64,000 nucleotides of DNA from Squalus acanthias (taxonomy: Eukaryota): positions 22,322,001 through 22,386,000 of the forward strand of contig CM059432.1 of assembly GCA_030390025.1 (NCBI GenBank). Direction: 5' to 3'. Within the stretch, counting starts at the first letter, position 1. Each line of letters opens with the position of its first letter. The position numbers were made by a program, and so were the translations under genes. Under the pieces are notes generated by a model. It had not been told where the DNA came from, did not search any database, and saw only the letters and a program-made list of their open reading frames with translations. Positions 10,938 through 23,625 of this stretch are shown here, one piece after another.

Positions 10938-12212
10938 GCGATACAAAATTATCCTGGCAGCAGTAAAGCTCACTGTGCCTGAACAGTTGAGGAACTTCTC
11001 CACATATTTATTTGACTAGTATTCATTATGTTATTTATTCTGTGCTCCACATCGTAAGATCACAAGGTAACTATGGATGAGGAAAGCCATCCAGCCCATT
11101 TTGATTGATCCATCCAGAAGCATCCTACGGTCCCCACCACGTTCCCCTTCCCCCCACCCGTCATTGCAGCATCAAAATTATGCTTCTTACTAACTGAACC
11201 TGTAAATGAAGAGAAAATGATCAACAATAATGAATAAGGAAAAGCTTTCAGGAGAACCAGCCATGCCTATTCAGTGTGGGTGCCTCCGAATTGACCTCCA
11301 GACAAGCCTTAGCATTGAATTCTAGTATTAAATGGAACCACCATTAGACATCCATGGGCTGCCATTGTAAACTACATGATTGATTCAGTCCTAAGTGAGT
11401 GGAGATTTAAAGAGGCAGGTTTCGATGGAGGGAAAACATGCTATTAGAGTAAGGAAACTCTTACGAGAGGTTCTTCATTTCTAAGCAATACACAGTGGGA
11501 ATTACACAAAGTACTCCCCTCGCATTTAATTATCCTTTGCAAATATTTGGTAAGATGATAACAGGTCAATCTCTTTTGTGGGTCCACGTTCCACTGGTTG
11601 CTATGTGAGTGAAATAATTGCTGCAAGTATAAAATGATCTCTTATACATCACATTTGATACTTGCACTAAATTTATGGTCACATTGCCCCCTCCAGGGGA
11701 AAAAAAGCCCTTAGTGTATTAGCTTTAATGAAGAAAAATGTTTTTGTTTTGTCAGAGGAGGGGGATGTTATGGTCATTAAGATGAGGGATATTGCTGCTA
11801 CTTGTGGCACCAAGTATCAGCCATGAGCACACCATGGCAGGTGTATCATGGGTAAGGTACAGGGTTTAAAGCACTCTCAGCACTTCCCTGAAAATCTACC
11901 TCCACTTATTATTTCCACATCCACCAAAACCAGCCTTGTGGATTCCCTGAATGAGGCTATCAATAAAAGGAGAAAGATTGCTCTGCTCACTACACGTAAC
12001 AACATTGTGAACTCATTTATCAACACTTCCTCTGGTTAAGATTTCTAGAGAAATCATGAATGCATTCTTTTGGAATATGTTTATGATTTGCAATAAGTCT
12101 TAACCAAAGGATGTCTTCATGAGTACATTTACAATGCTACTAGACATAGAGTAATTCTTCCCACCAATGGTGTTATGGAGCTTATTGTCATGTAAATTCA
12201 TATGCAATAAGA

Positions 12213-12660
12213 CAACAACAACTTGTATTTATATAGTGCCTTTAATGTAGTAAAATGTCCCAAGGCGCTGCACAGGAGTATTTTAAGACAAAAACTTTGA
12301 CACCGATCCACATAAGGATAAATTAGGGCAGATGACCAAAAGCTTGGTCAAAGAGGTAGGTTTTAAGGAGCGTCTTAAAGGAGGAAAGAGAGGTACAGAG
12401 GCGAACAAGTTTAGGCAGGGAATTCCAGAGCTTAGGGCCTAGGCAACAGAAGGCACGGCCACCAATGGTTGAGCGATTATAATCAGTGATGCTCAAGAGG
12501 GCAGAATTAGAGGAGCGCAGATATCTTGGGGGGTTGTGGGGCTGAAGGAGATTACAGAGATAGGAAGGGGCGAGGCCATGGAGGGATTTGAAAACAAGGA
12601 TGAGAATTTTGAAATTGAGGCATTGCTTAACCGGGAGCCAATGTAGGTCAGCGAGCACAC
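12213..12660 (-). mobile_element. L2 LINE 3' fragment
   Basis: ORF VLADLHWLPVKQCLNFKILILVFKSLHGLAPSYL...LWNSLP...FKTLLKTYLF and an (aac)n tail. Confidence 0.9.
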
Positions 12661-13200
12661 TAGAATTACATAGCGTATACAGCACAGAAACAGGTCATTC
12701 AGCCCAACTAGTCTGTGCTGGTGTCTATACTCCACACAAGTCTCCTCCCATTCCATCTACCTCATCTCAGCCTTTCAGCATATCTTTCTATTCCCTTTTC
12801 TCTCATGTACTCATCTAGTTTCCTTTAGAAAGCACTTAAGCTATTTCCCTCAAGCACTTCCTGCAGTAACAAGTTCCATATTCTAACCACTCTCTGAGTA
12901 AAGGAATTTTTCCTTATTTCCCTATTGGATTTATTAGTAACTATCTTGTATTTCTGGCCCGTAGTTTTGGATTTTCCCACAATTGGAAACATTCTTTCCA
13001 TATCTACCCTGCCCAACCCATTCATAATTTAAAGACCTCTATCTGGTCTCCTCTTTTCTAATGAAAATAGCCCCAACCATCCTTGTAAATCTTTTTTGCA
13101 CTTTTTCCAGTGCTTCTATGTTCTTTTTAAATATGGAGACCAGAACCTGGTACAGTACTCTGAGTACAGCCTGACCAGGGTCCTATACAAGTTTAACATA
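12661..13200 (-). mobile_element. Diverged CR1 3' fragment
   Basis: GLGRVDMERMFP...FTQRVVRIWNLL and a CR1-type 3' UTR. Confidence 0.8.
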
Positions 13201-13293
13201 ACACTCCCCATCAGCATCAACACTGCACTGCTCTTTAAGCTTTAGATTCTCCCAATGGTAAAGTATTGTAGCCCTGTTTTTTTGGTTAGAGAA

Positions 13294-14229
13294 CGGCCAG
13301 AAATTCGGGTCGGAGGCTTCCCGCGGGTGCAAGCCCCCGACCTGCACTTACCTAGCGCGCCTGCCATTGTGCTGTGGGCCCGCGTGGGATTCCGATCCTG
13401 GGCCTCCTCCAGCTGCCGGTGTGCAGTGCTTGCGTATCCCAGGGGCGCAGTTAGTTTGAAGCGTCCCCTGGGATCACGTGGGCCATGGAGAGCCAATCGG
13501 AGCAGGGAATCTCCATTCATAGATTTGACAAGAAGACCTGTCAGTCTATGAATAGAGATCGGCCCCGAAACCTAACTAAAACTTCAAATATTTTTTTTTT
13601 TAAAATCACATTTTTAAAATAACTATAAATTACATAAATTAACTATTTTAAACAAAAATTTAAATTTTTGAAAAATTAATTACAGTTTTTAATGGGGCTA
13701 ATTCACCACTTACCTTGTTAGGAAGACCTGTCAAATCTATGAATTGAAATCGGCCCCAAAAGAACAGCTAAACTTCAGATAATTTTTTTAAAAAACCATC
13801 ACATTTATAAAATAACTATAAGTTAAATAAATTAACTACTTTAAACAAAAATTTTAATTTTTGAAAAAATTTAAATACTTTTTAACAGTGCTAAAAATAA
13901 ACGTACCTTTCTTTAAAGTATCTAAAAAAGATAAACCTGTTGAAATTTTTTTTAATTATACTTAATTAACCACTTACCTTGTTGAAAACGAGCCCTGCGT
14001 CTCCTTTTTAAAAGCGCAGGTTCTTCAATACTTACCCTCCCGGAGAAACCTGAAAAAAAACCTAAGTTTGCTGCGTGCGTGCAGCCTCTACCACGCTCGC
14101 GGTTCACCTCTGAACCACTCCCTTCACCAGACCGGAAGTTCCGGTTTCCCGCGCATGCGCAGTGCATGCAGGAAACCGGCACTTCAGGAGGCCTGTGTAC
14201 TCACCCGGCAAGTGCCGAAGTTTTGGCCC
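13294..14229. mobile_element. Harbinger-type MITE with an internal ~190-bp tandem duplication (family of 26393-27110)
   Basis: Ends ggccagaaattcgg / ccgaagttttggccc. Colinear with 26393-27110. Confidence 0.85.
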
Positions 14230-14895
14230 AAATTGTGCTCAAATCAGGAGTGAGACTTAAAACCACAACGTTATTACTCAAAGGCAAATACAAGTACTTT
14301 CTGTCCAGTACCTCCCCAAATGACTATTTTTCATGTGGAACCCAGTAACTGATAGGAGACTTTTCTCCATAGAGAGCTTCACAGCCAATATGGATCCTAT
14401 TCGCATCCGTTGCTCTCATGTGCATTCAGCAGGAGTCAACGGATAACAATTAGAAGTAGGGGACCTGCTAACTTAATCTACCCTGCCTAGCCTATCAATA
14501 CTTGTACTATATTATTACATGCCTTGTCACATGGCTTAGCATGAATATGCTCAGTTCAGCTCTGACCTAATAAACAAGCCTAGCCTAGCAACTCATCCTG
14601 TCTCTGTCCTTCATTTGTTCTACCCACACATGTTACATTTTTGGCGACGAGAATGGGATCCCAAAGCCATTTTTAGGGATCATGGAATGACACAGTGTTC
14701 AACCATCGAGTGGAAAAGTTTAAGGTGAATTTGTGACACCTAAACTGAATTTTTTGCAATGTTTTACTGTTAATGCTGATGCAGAATTGTCTGTGCTCCG
14801 CCTTCGCATGTATGTATACACAGCAACAGCAGCGTTGATTCTCACAGGTACATGGGTAGCGTGCTGAGTCACTGTTCAACGGGATCAGGACAATC

Positions 14896-16014
14896 ATGGC
14901 CGTGCCTATGGCATTCATCGGAAGCCTCGGCATGTATGACCAAGCTTGCAAACCATTCAGTTCTTATATTGAGCGGATGGAGATTTTTTTTATGGCCAAA
15001 AATATTATTGAGACTGAAGACACAGATGAGAATGTTCAAGCTCAAAATAAAGTAATTCGTGAACGAAAAAGCAATTTTTCTAATGGAGATCGGGCCAGAT
15101 CGTGCCACAGAAGTGCCAGGCAATGATTATCTCCAACAAGCAGGCGCATGGGAACACCATCACCTCCAAGTTCCCCTCCAAGTCACACACCATCCTGACT
15201 TGGAAGTATATCGTCGATCCTTCATCGTCGCTGGGTCAAAATCCTGGAACTCCCTACCTAACAGCACTGTGGGAGTACCTTCACCACATGGACTGCAGCG
15301 GTTCAAGAAGACGGCTCACCACCACCTTCTCAAGGGCAATTAGTGATGGGCAATTAATGTTGGCCTTGCCAGTGACACCCACATTCCATAAACGAATAAA
15401 AAAAAAATGTCTACAGAACATTGACAAACCTACTCGCGCCAGGGAAAGCGAAGGATGTGTTGTTTGAAGACATTGTCGAGAAACTCGAGGACCTTTTCGA
15501 CCCAGAGCCATTAGAAATAGCAGAGAGCTACAAGTTTGGTACCAGAAACAAAAAACAAAGTGAAACCATCAATGAGTACATTGTAGCTCTTAAGAACCTG
15601 TCTTTGCATTGTAACGTCGGCACATTTTTGTATCGTGCATTGCGAGATAAGTTTGTGTGTGGACTGGTGGATGAGCGCACACAGTCCAAATTACTGAACA
15701 TTCCAAAGCTAACGTTTGACATAGCATGCAAAATTGCTCTATCTATGGAGATGGCATCTAAGAATGCAAGGGAGCTCTGTCCAACTCAAGTGACTAGTGC
15801 AGCTGAGGTCTACAGTCATAAAGCCACCGGCAAACCTAAAGTTGTGAGACCAAGTCAAAAGCATGTCGGTGAGAGCAGTTCAGTGAATTGTTATTGCTGC
15901 AATGGAAATCACTCACCACAGTCCTGCCAATACAGAAATGCAAAGTGTTTTCACTGCCAGAAGCAAGGCCATATTTCAACAGCTTGCAGAGCTAGATCGA
16001 AAGCACCATTCTAG
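14896..16014 (+). pseudogene. gag: Gypsy gag (interrupted by a LINE fragment at ~15103-15407)
   Basis: YIERMEIFF...; YIVALKNLSLHC...ALRDKFVCGL; tandem knuckles CYCCNGNHSPQSC and CFHCQKQGHISTAC. Confidence 0.88.
15103..15407 (+). mobile_element. Family B (CR1/L2-group, poly(A)-tailed) LINE 3' piece with an internal deletion, inserted in gag
   Basis: Matches the tail region of 18815-19472 and 32770-33508 and ends in aataaaaaaaaa. The gag codons GPD|VYRTL resume after it. Confidence 0.8.
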
Positions 16015-16149
16015 TGGCAATGCAAAGCAGTGACAACAAAAGGGAGGCATTCACAATATTGAAGTGAACACACCTGATGTTGAAGAACTAGGCATCTGCA
16101 GTACCTATGCCACTAGCGGCAATGCTAGCAGTCATGAGAAAGACTTCCG

Positions 16150-17710
16150 TACAAAACTTTTGATCAATGACCAATATATTGATATGCGTATTGACACGGT
16201 GGTGGACTGCACTATCATGAGTAAGGACACATAGGAGAGTAAATTTAATCAAATACCACTTACAAAGAGTACCATAGAGTTAAAAACCTACTCCGGAGAA
16301 ATCCTAGAGACATGTGGACAAATGGAATGTACAGTTGAACACAATGGCCAGTCAGTAAAGCTGCCTATTATTATGGTGAGCTACAATAACAGACCAACCC
16401 TCATGAGCAAAGACTGGTTGAAAAAGTTAAAACTAGACTGGAAAAACATCTTCAGTGTAAATGCTTCAAAGAAGCAACTCGACACAATGCTGAACAAGAA
16501 CGAAAGCATGTTCTCAGACAGTTATGTGGGCATCACTGGGTATGATGTGCATATCCGCATCAAGTCCAACACGAAGCCTGTCTATTGTAAGGCAAGGCCG
16601 GTCCCCTATGCGTTGAAAAGTCAGGTGGAAGAAGAGCTAGAGAAGCTAAGAGAGAACGGCGTACTAGTAAAAACTGACAAAAGTGAATGGGCTACCCCGA
16701 TTGTGGTAGTGCCCAAAGCAGACAAAACTGTACGCTTGTGTGGTGACTACAAAGTTACTATCAACCAAACAGTCGACGATGAGCAGTCCCCGTTACCTAC
16801 ATCACAGGATTTGTATGCAGCCCTCTCTGGGTCAAAGGTTTTCTCCAAGCTTGACCTGTCACATGCTTACGCTCAGCTGAATGTTGACAAAGAGAGTCAA
16901 CAGTATCTCACTATCAACACACACAAGGGACTGTACTCATACACCAAGTTGCCGTATGGTGTAAAGTCCTCCCCAAAATGGATAAGATTTTGCAAGGAGT
17001 TCCAAATTGCTTATGCAATCAAGACGATATGCTGATCGCAACAAGCAGCGAGGAAGAAAATCTAGAAGAGTTAGATGTAATGCTTCATTCCCACAATGTC
17101 AAATGGGAGCTGTCATAAGCCACGTAATGGATGACGGCCAAGAGAAATCAATCGCGTTTGCATCGTGAACCCTCACAAAGAGCGAAAGAAACTACGTGCA
17201 AATTGAAAAGGAAGCACTCACCATAGTGTTTGGAATAAAGAACTTCCAACAGTTCCTAATCGGCAGAAAGTTTACCCTGATAACCAATCACAAACCACTC
17301 CTAGCAATATTGGGGCCCAAATCTGCCATCCCTACAATGGCCGTATCAAGAATGCAACGTTGGGCAGTGTTGTTGTCACAATATGACTACACGATTGAAT
17401 ATCGCACTTCAAAGCAAAAAGCAATCACTGATGCCTTGTCCAGGTTGCCACATGAGGACTCGTGTGTTGGGAGTGAAGGTGAGATTTCACACTAGGTGCA
17501 GTTGACAAAGACTTTCCCATGAATGCAACTGAGATTGCAGATGAGACTCAAAAGGACTCGGTACTGAAAAGAGTGGATGAAAACACCTTGAGTGGATGGA
17601 CTGATCAGTGTCTGGACACAGAGTTGAAACCATTCCATAACCGTCGTACTGAATTGTCTTGTGAGCAAGGTTGTATCAGGGGAAACAGAGTGGTGGTGCC
17701 TACTTCTTTG
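16150..17710 (+). pseudogene. pol: Gypsy pol remnants (protease, partial RT, RNase H; integrase mostly deleted)
   Basis: IDT protease-like site at ~16190; SEWATPIVVVPK, RLCGDYK, FSKLDLSHAY, LPYGVKSSP; EKEALTIVFG...TNHKPLL...RMQRWA...DALSRLP. Stops and frameshifts are present. Confidence 0.9.
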
Positions 17711-18814
17711 AGTTCGGAACCAGAACAAAACAGCCTGAAAATTGGTTCAACACCAAAACCTTTTGTAAGGAGATCAGGAAGGCGCCGCAAACCTGTTATT
17801 AAACTGGATTTGTAGTTGATTTAAAAGAAAAAAAGCCAGGAGTTTTTGATATGTGGTACATGTAATGCTGGGAAAGATGGGACCATAGTTTTGTTGTATT
17901 TGAGAGGGGAATACATATTTTTTTTAAGGGGAAAGCAGTTTATCACATGGTTTAGTATGAACTTGCTCAGTTCGCTCTGGCCTAGTAAACAAGCACCTTG
18001 ACTAGCAACTCATCATGTCTCTGTCCTTCATTTGTTCTACCCACATATATTCCAATACTGAAGGCAATTATATTGCTCTAACTATTGCCTGTTTGGAGAT
18101 CAGTTCTCTCAGCACAGACCAGAGTTACAGTTTAAGATTTTCCTAGCCAATATGACTCATTACCTCATTGTGATGAATATATGCCTACTTAGCCATCACA
18201 AGCACTTCAGTGATTTCTCTGCTTACCCTGCGATTTCAAGTTTTTCTTGGATTTTTTCCCCTTCATCCAGGTTATGACTCTGGATGGCACAGATAAGCAT
18301 GCATCTGAATTTAACCCACTCATAAATTTTAATAGAGGGTTCGACTCAAACGTTATGCCTTTCTTGATTAGTCACATATGCAATTCAACTGTGGTAAAAA
18401 CTAAAATAGCTACCTAATAAAAATTAACTCCACTGCAGCAGCTGTTCTTCTTCACTGCCTTAAATGCTTAATTCATTATAATAGTTAATAGGAATGCTAG
18501 TCATTTTCAGTCACTAGATTTATGAGTCAAGACTGTTTTGAAAAAAAGTCTTCATTTTTTTCTGAGTTATTTATTTATTTATTGTTCTTGAGAAACCTAT
18601 GTAGAAAGTTCAAGGCCTGTAGTGCAGGCCACAACCGAGGCTCAAAGAAGAGAAGAGTTGATGAGATAAATTAGGAAGCAGTGATAGCTGGCATCGAGCT
18701 TGTGTTTTAATATCCAGTAGATTGTAAAAAGAAGGAACAGTTGAGGGAGCCAAGAAGCACCACAGTTTTGTGGTCCGATAAAGAATGAACTGGAGTTAGG
18801 AGATAGAATTGCCA

Positions 18815-19472
18815 AATCCCCCAGCGTCATCCTAAGGATCAGCATTGACCAGAAACTCAACGGAACTAGCTGCATAAACGCCATGGCTACTAGAACGCGT
18901 TGGCTATTCCGCAACAAGTGATTCACCTCCTGACTCCCCAAAGCCTGCCCGACACCTACACAGCATAAGTCAGGAGTGTGATGGAATACTCTCCACTTGC
19001 TTGGATGGTTGCAGCCGCAACAGCACTCAAGAATCTCAACATCATGCAGGACAAAGTAGTCTGCTTGATCGACACTTCATCCACCACCGTAAACATTCAC
19101 CTCTCTTCCACTGTGGCTGCAGTGTGTACTATCTATAGGATGCACTGCAGCAACTCGCCAAGCCTTCTTCAGCAGTGCCTACCAAACCTGCACCCTTCAC
19201 CACCTAGAAGGACATGGACAGCAGGTGTATGGAAACACCATCACCTCCAAGTTCCCCTCCAAGTCATTGACATATATCGCCATTCTTTCATCGTTGTTGG
19301 GTCAAACTCCTGGAATGCCCTACCTAACAGCACTTTGGGAACACTTTCACCACACGGACTGTAGCGGTTCAAGAAGAAGGCCCACCACCACCTTCTCAGG
19401 GTAATTAGGAATGTGCAATAAATGTCAGCCTTGCCAGCGATGCCCACATCCCCAGAATTAAGTAAAAAAAAA
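18815..19472 (+). mobile_element. Family B CR1/L2-group LINE 3' fragment
   Basis: VMEYSPLAW...IYRMHCSNSP...WNALPNS and an A-rich tail. Confidence 0.8.
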
Positions 19473-21294
19473 CAAATAGAATACAATTAACTGATTGCTA
19501 ATAACTTGTCATTAATTTTTCAATGAAGATACCCTGATATTTTACAGTTCTTTATTGTATCAAGGTAACTTCCATTCTCACACAGGTCCATTGGAATCAT
19601 TTTGGAAGGAGAATAGCTGTGTCATAGATATGTCAGGTCAGGTGCCGTTTGTGCTGCCATAGATTGGGCCTCAGATGAGGACCAAGATGACCAGCAACAG
19701 CACCAGCGTGAGGACACCACCAAAGACCGCTCCACCTGTACCTGTGCAGGGGCAGATGTGGCCATCGGGAGACGAGGCAGCATGTGTGCTACTGACTAAG
19801 ACTACTGACTGTGGGTGAGAAATCGAAACACTTTGAGTGGAGTCACCGCTTCCATGCCCCCTTTTGTCATCATCCTGCTCATGGCCCAGCCGCACTTCAC
19901 TGCTACCACTGGGCTGGAGAACACTTTGGTGCAGATCAGTGTGGCCCTATAAGGCCAAGGCTAAAGTATCTGTCAATCTTATTTAAGTTGGCAGACATGT
20001 TGGCATCCAGAGTCTGCACGGGCATGAGCATGGGCTCATTTGATTGGAGTGTATGACAATCCATGCCTCTGGCCACTCTAGCCATGGAAGAACGCATGGC
20101 TAAAAATTCCAGTACGCTGGAAACCTGCTAGTAACCGCGACGGCCAAGGCTATTGGCCGCCCGCTGAGAGAGCGCAGCAGCACTGGTATTTTGATGCTGC
20201 CTGCTAATTAACATCAGCGGGGCGTTGATTTTCCGGTGTAACGCGCTCTTTCCAGCGCTAAGCTCAGCAGGAGGTCGAAGGTTGCGTCTGTCTCCCGCTT
20301 GCAGTGAAGGAGAACGGGGAAGAAAGGAGCGAACCTGTCGGCCATGTACGGAGCAGTTGCCGTACTTGCTACAAAAAATATTACCTGCCACCCGATTATT
20401 AACTACGTTTGTTGATTTTTTAATAGTTAATGATGAAATTAATGCATATGCGTTCTCTGCAACACTAATCTTTCCCCACTTTTCTTGAAAGTGTTTAAAT
20501 GTGCAGTAATCATGCCAGCTTTTAGTGGGTCTTGCATACTCGACACAAAATAATTATTTGATAAAAAATTGGTAATGGAATTTTGAATAAATTAATGATA
20601 ATTCCTAAAACTTTTAAGCAGTTGAGTCCAGATTTGCTAGGGGGTGACATTCTGGTGAGACTGTCATAAAGATAAAAGAGATCTTATCAGAGATAATCAT
20701 CAAACATTTCAATGGCGTTCTAGCCAATCTGATGCTCTTTAGGAGTTTTTTTTATTTGCTGGGAATCCACCGAGGGATTTGTAGTTTTGTGCAGGTGTTC
20801 AGTTCTGAACTAAAAGCTTGTTCCACAAGGTTTCACCCATTGATTCACTGACCCACAAACACTGTAGGCCTCCCGGAAAGCCGCCAGAAAATGCAACTCC
20901 CCCCCTACCCCCCCAACACCTCAGCCACCCCCCCCCCACCCCGCCGCACCCCGCCGCACTCCACACTGATGGGCAAAAAATTAAAGTATAAAAGAAGAAC
21001 TTTGGCAAAGGAGGTGTTTGAAATTCCAGCAGCCATTTGAGGTGTTTTCCACTTGTCAGCCTCCATCCTAGTATACGATCTGCCAAGTCATGCCAGTCCT
21101 GGCTGTCTTACATTTGACAGTTGAAGCGTCCCCATGGTTATTAACGCTGCTGAAGGGCTTTAATGGCTGCACGCACAGGCGTGCTTTAGAGAGGGCGGCA
21201 AGAGGAGTGGCGATATCCAAAATGGATGAACGGGCATCAACTCGACGTTATACCGATTGACGTCATGCTCCATTACAATACTTTCAGTGACATC

Positions 21295-22539
21295 ACCCCC
21301 CCCCCGCCTCATGTTTGAGGTGGACTCCTCTAATCTCTCTGCAATTGTGTGAATTTCATTTTGAAGGCCTGTCAGTGCATTGCACATTGACTGCTGCTGC
21401 TGAATAATTCTCCTCTTGATCGACGGCCCCCAAGGTGCAGCATCTATGTCTAGCTGAGCAGACTGTCCACTGCTGTTCCTGTCTCCACCATCTGCTCTTG
21501 CTACTTGTGAAGTGTGAGTCACCAGGTGAAAACCCAACTATCTGCCTTACTGGTCCCACTGAAGTGTGAGTATCTGAGCTGGTGCACGGTCTGCATGATT
21601 CCGGAGATGGTGCACCCTCAGAAGAACTCGGCTCCTCTGAGGAATCGTCGTCAGTGACCTCCACCAACTGTTGCTGCATGCGATAAGGCCCTATGGGAGA
21701 TAAAAGACATGAATTAGTCCTGGCAAGGTAAGAATATGTTGCAAGTTATCATTATGAAGCTTATCATATTTCACTCGCTGTTGAAATCAGGTCAACATGA
21801 CTGAGTGCCGTATGACATGTGGGTGGCTTTTATTTAATTGTGTCACCAGGTAGCTGGGAGCTCCCTGTCTCCCAATCTCCAATGGCCAGGGACGCTGAAA
21901 CTCCACTGACCTCCAGTGCCTCCTCCTCTGCGCTTGTCAGCTGCGAGATGTTTGGAGGGAGCCCTCCGGTTCTCTCCCTCTCCTTGGTGTTCTGTGTTCT
22001 CTTCTCCTGCAAGGAGGGAGAGAAGAGACGTATGAGTGAGTGTAATGGCATGTGTTCATCTGATGGATGGAGTGAATTTGTTGAGTGTGCCTATGAGGGA
22101 GATGCATGACATTGCATAAGGATGAGGGTGAGTGTAAGTGGTGGATGGTTAGATGGGGATGTGAGGAAGTGCATAGAAAGAGAAGGAGGGGTGCACCTGC
22201 TCCCTGGTGTGAGGGGTGATGTGCGGGAGGAGGCTTGAGAAGGCAGAGTGAGGAGGTGGGATGATGCGCACAGCATGATATAGGTTAATGTGCCACGGTA
22301 CTTACCTTTCCTGCCCTGCTAAGGTCATTAAAGTGCTTTCTGCACTAAATCCAGGAGTGTGGCACCACACTCCTGCTGCTGACCTCCTCCGCTACCTCCA
22401 ACCTCGCCTTCTTCGCTGCAGGCTTCTCCCTCCAATTGCTAGGGAAGAGTATCTGTCTCCAATTCCTCACAGCCCCCAGCAACACATCCAGGGAGGTGTC
22501 ACTGAAATGAGGTGCAGCTTTTGCCCGTCTGGATTCCAT
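21295..22539 (-). pseudogene. Spliced Myb/SANT-like DNA-binding protein gene of a Harbinger transposon (exons 22539-22306, 22006-21847, 21690-~21295)
   Basis: MESRRAKAAPHFSDTSLDVLLGAV...W.*CRKHFNDL Myb/SANT-like motif with one premature TAG. GT-AG introns have consistent phases. A TIR-like aaaatcggggcc ends at 22814. Confidence 0.75.
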
Positions 22540-23625
22540 TCTGGCACTTCCTTCTCTTTGGTTCCCAACTCCAAACTCCTTCAACTTGCATGTTTGGAGC
22601 ATCCCTTTAAATACTGGAGTTGAGATCGCGTCATGTGGGCCCACATCACGCCCGCTGCCGCTGATTGGACGGGAAACCCGGAAGTAAAATTATAATGAGG
22701 TGGTTGAGTTAAAAAGCCACTGACAGACACGCTGCACTTACTTCTGGGTTACCCACGTGCTGTAAGAAACCCCACCCCCCACTATCAGCGCGTTGCGGAA
22801 TTAAAATCGGGGCCAAAGTTACAGCCCATTAAAAAGGCACCGCCTGGTATAAAACCAAACCATCCATACCAGAAGAGCTCAGGCAAATTCCCAGCCTGGT
22901 AGCCTATTTGCCATATTTACTGATTTCAGTCAGGGACACTGTTGGGATGTGACAGTTATCCTGATTGCTCCTGGGCTAGGAAGGAGAAAATCACTATTTA
23001 GTAACTACTATTACAAAATACAATATGCAGAATTTAGGTGAGCACAGGGTTGGGTTCGGATGTGATGTCTCCCTTGAGTTTGAGTGGCTTGCCCACTCTC
23101 ACTGCCTTGGGTCTTGCCTGTTGCATGAGGAGCCAGTATGTGGAACTCATGACCCAAAATCATCACCATCTTAGGACAAGAAAGGAGAAAAAACAGAGAA
23201 AAATGAAAACAGGAAAGCTCAATTTAAGAGTTTCTCTTGTAAAATCGCTGGTTTTCATTCTGTCTAAATGTGATACCCATGCCTTTAAGGCATAATCTCA
23301 GAGATTCGCGGTGACTAAAAGTATTGTATTGTTTTAGGTTCAGCATTTTATAATAGACAATAAAATAACATGTTCCATTAACTGGTCTCACACACAGACA
23401 TCATTTGTTAAAAGCTTCAAACAATTCATGCTTTCTTTAAAAAAATACATTACTAAAAGAAGTTGTTAACCCTTAGCTTACATTAAAAAAATTACTGGAC
23501 TAAATGTTTTTGTGTTGACTTAGCCACATTCTATCAAATATTTGGCAATGAGCATTCCGGGATTACTTTATTTCACTATTAATGTGGTTCTGAGTATGTT
23601 TCAATTTGGACAACAAATGACGTCG

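Larger units (their letters stand above)
14503..18054 (+). mobile_element. Degenerate Ty3/Gypsy LTR retrotransposon with internal deletions
   Basis: 5' LTR 14503-14637 (TG...CA), PBS tggcgacgag at 14642, PPT aaggggaaag at ~17926, and a 3' LTR ~17941-18054 lacking its first ~20 bp. 5-bp TSD atact at 14498-14502 and 18055-18059. Confidence 0.9.

Noticed and set aside
11756..11851. Plus-strand exon-like segment with good acceptor and donor
   Set aside because: It has stop codons in all three frames and no other support.
19671..19895. ORF ending in a hydrophobic, transmembrane-like segment
   Set aside because: No ATG or convincing splice context and no recognisable homology; it may be decayed transposon sequence.
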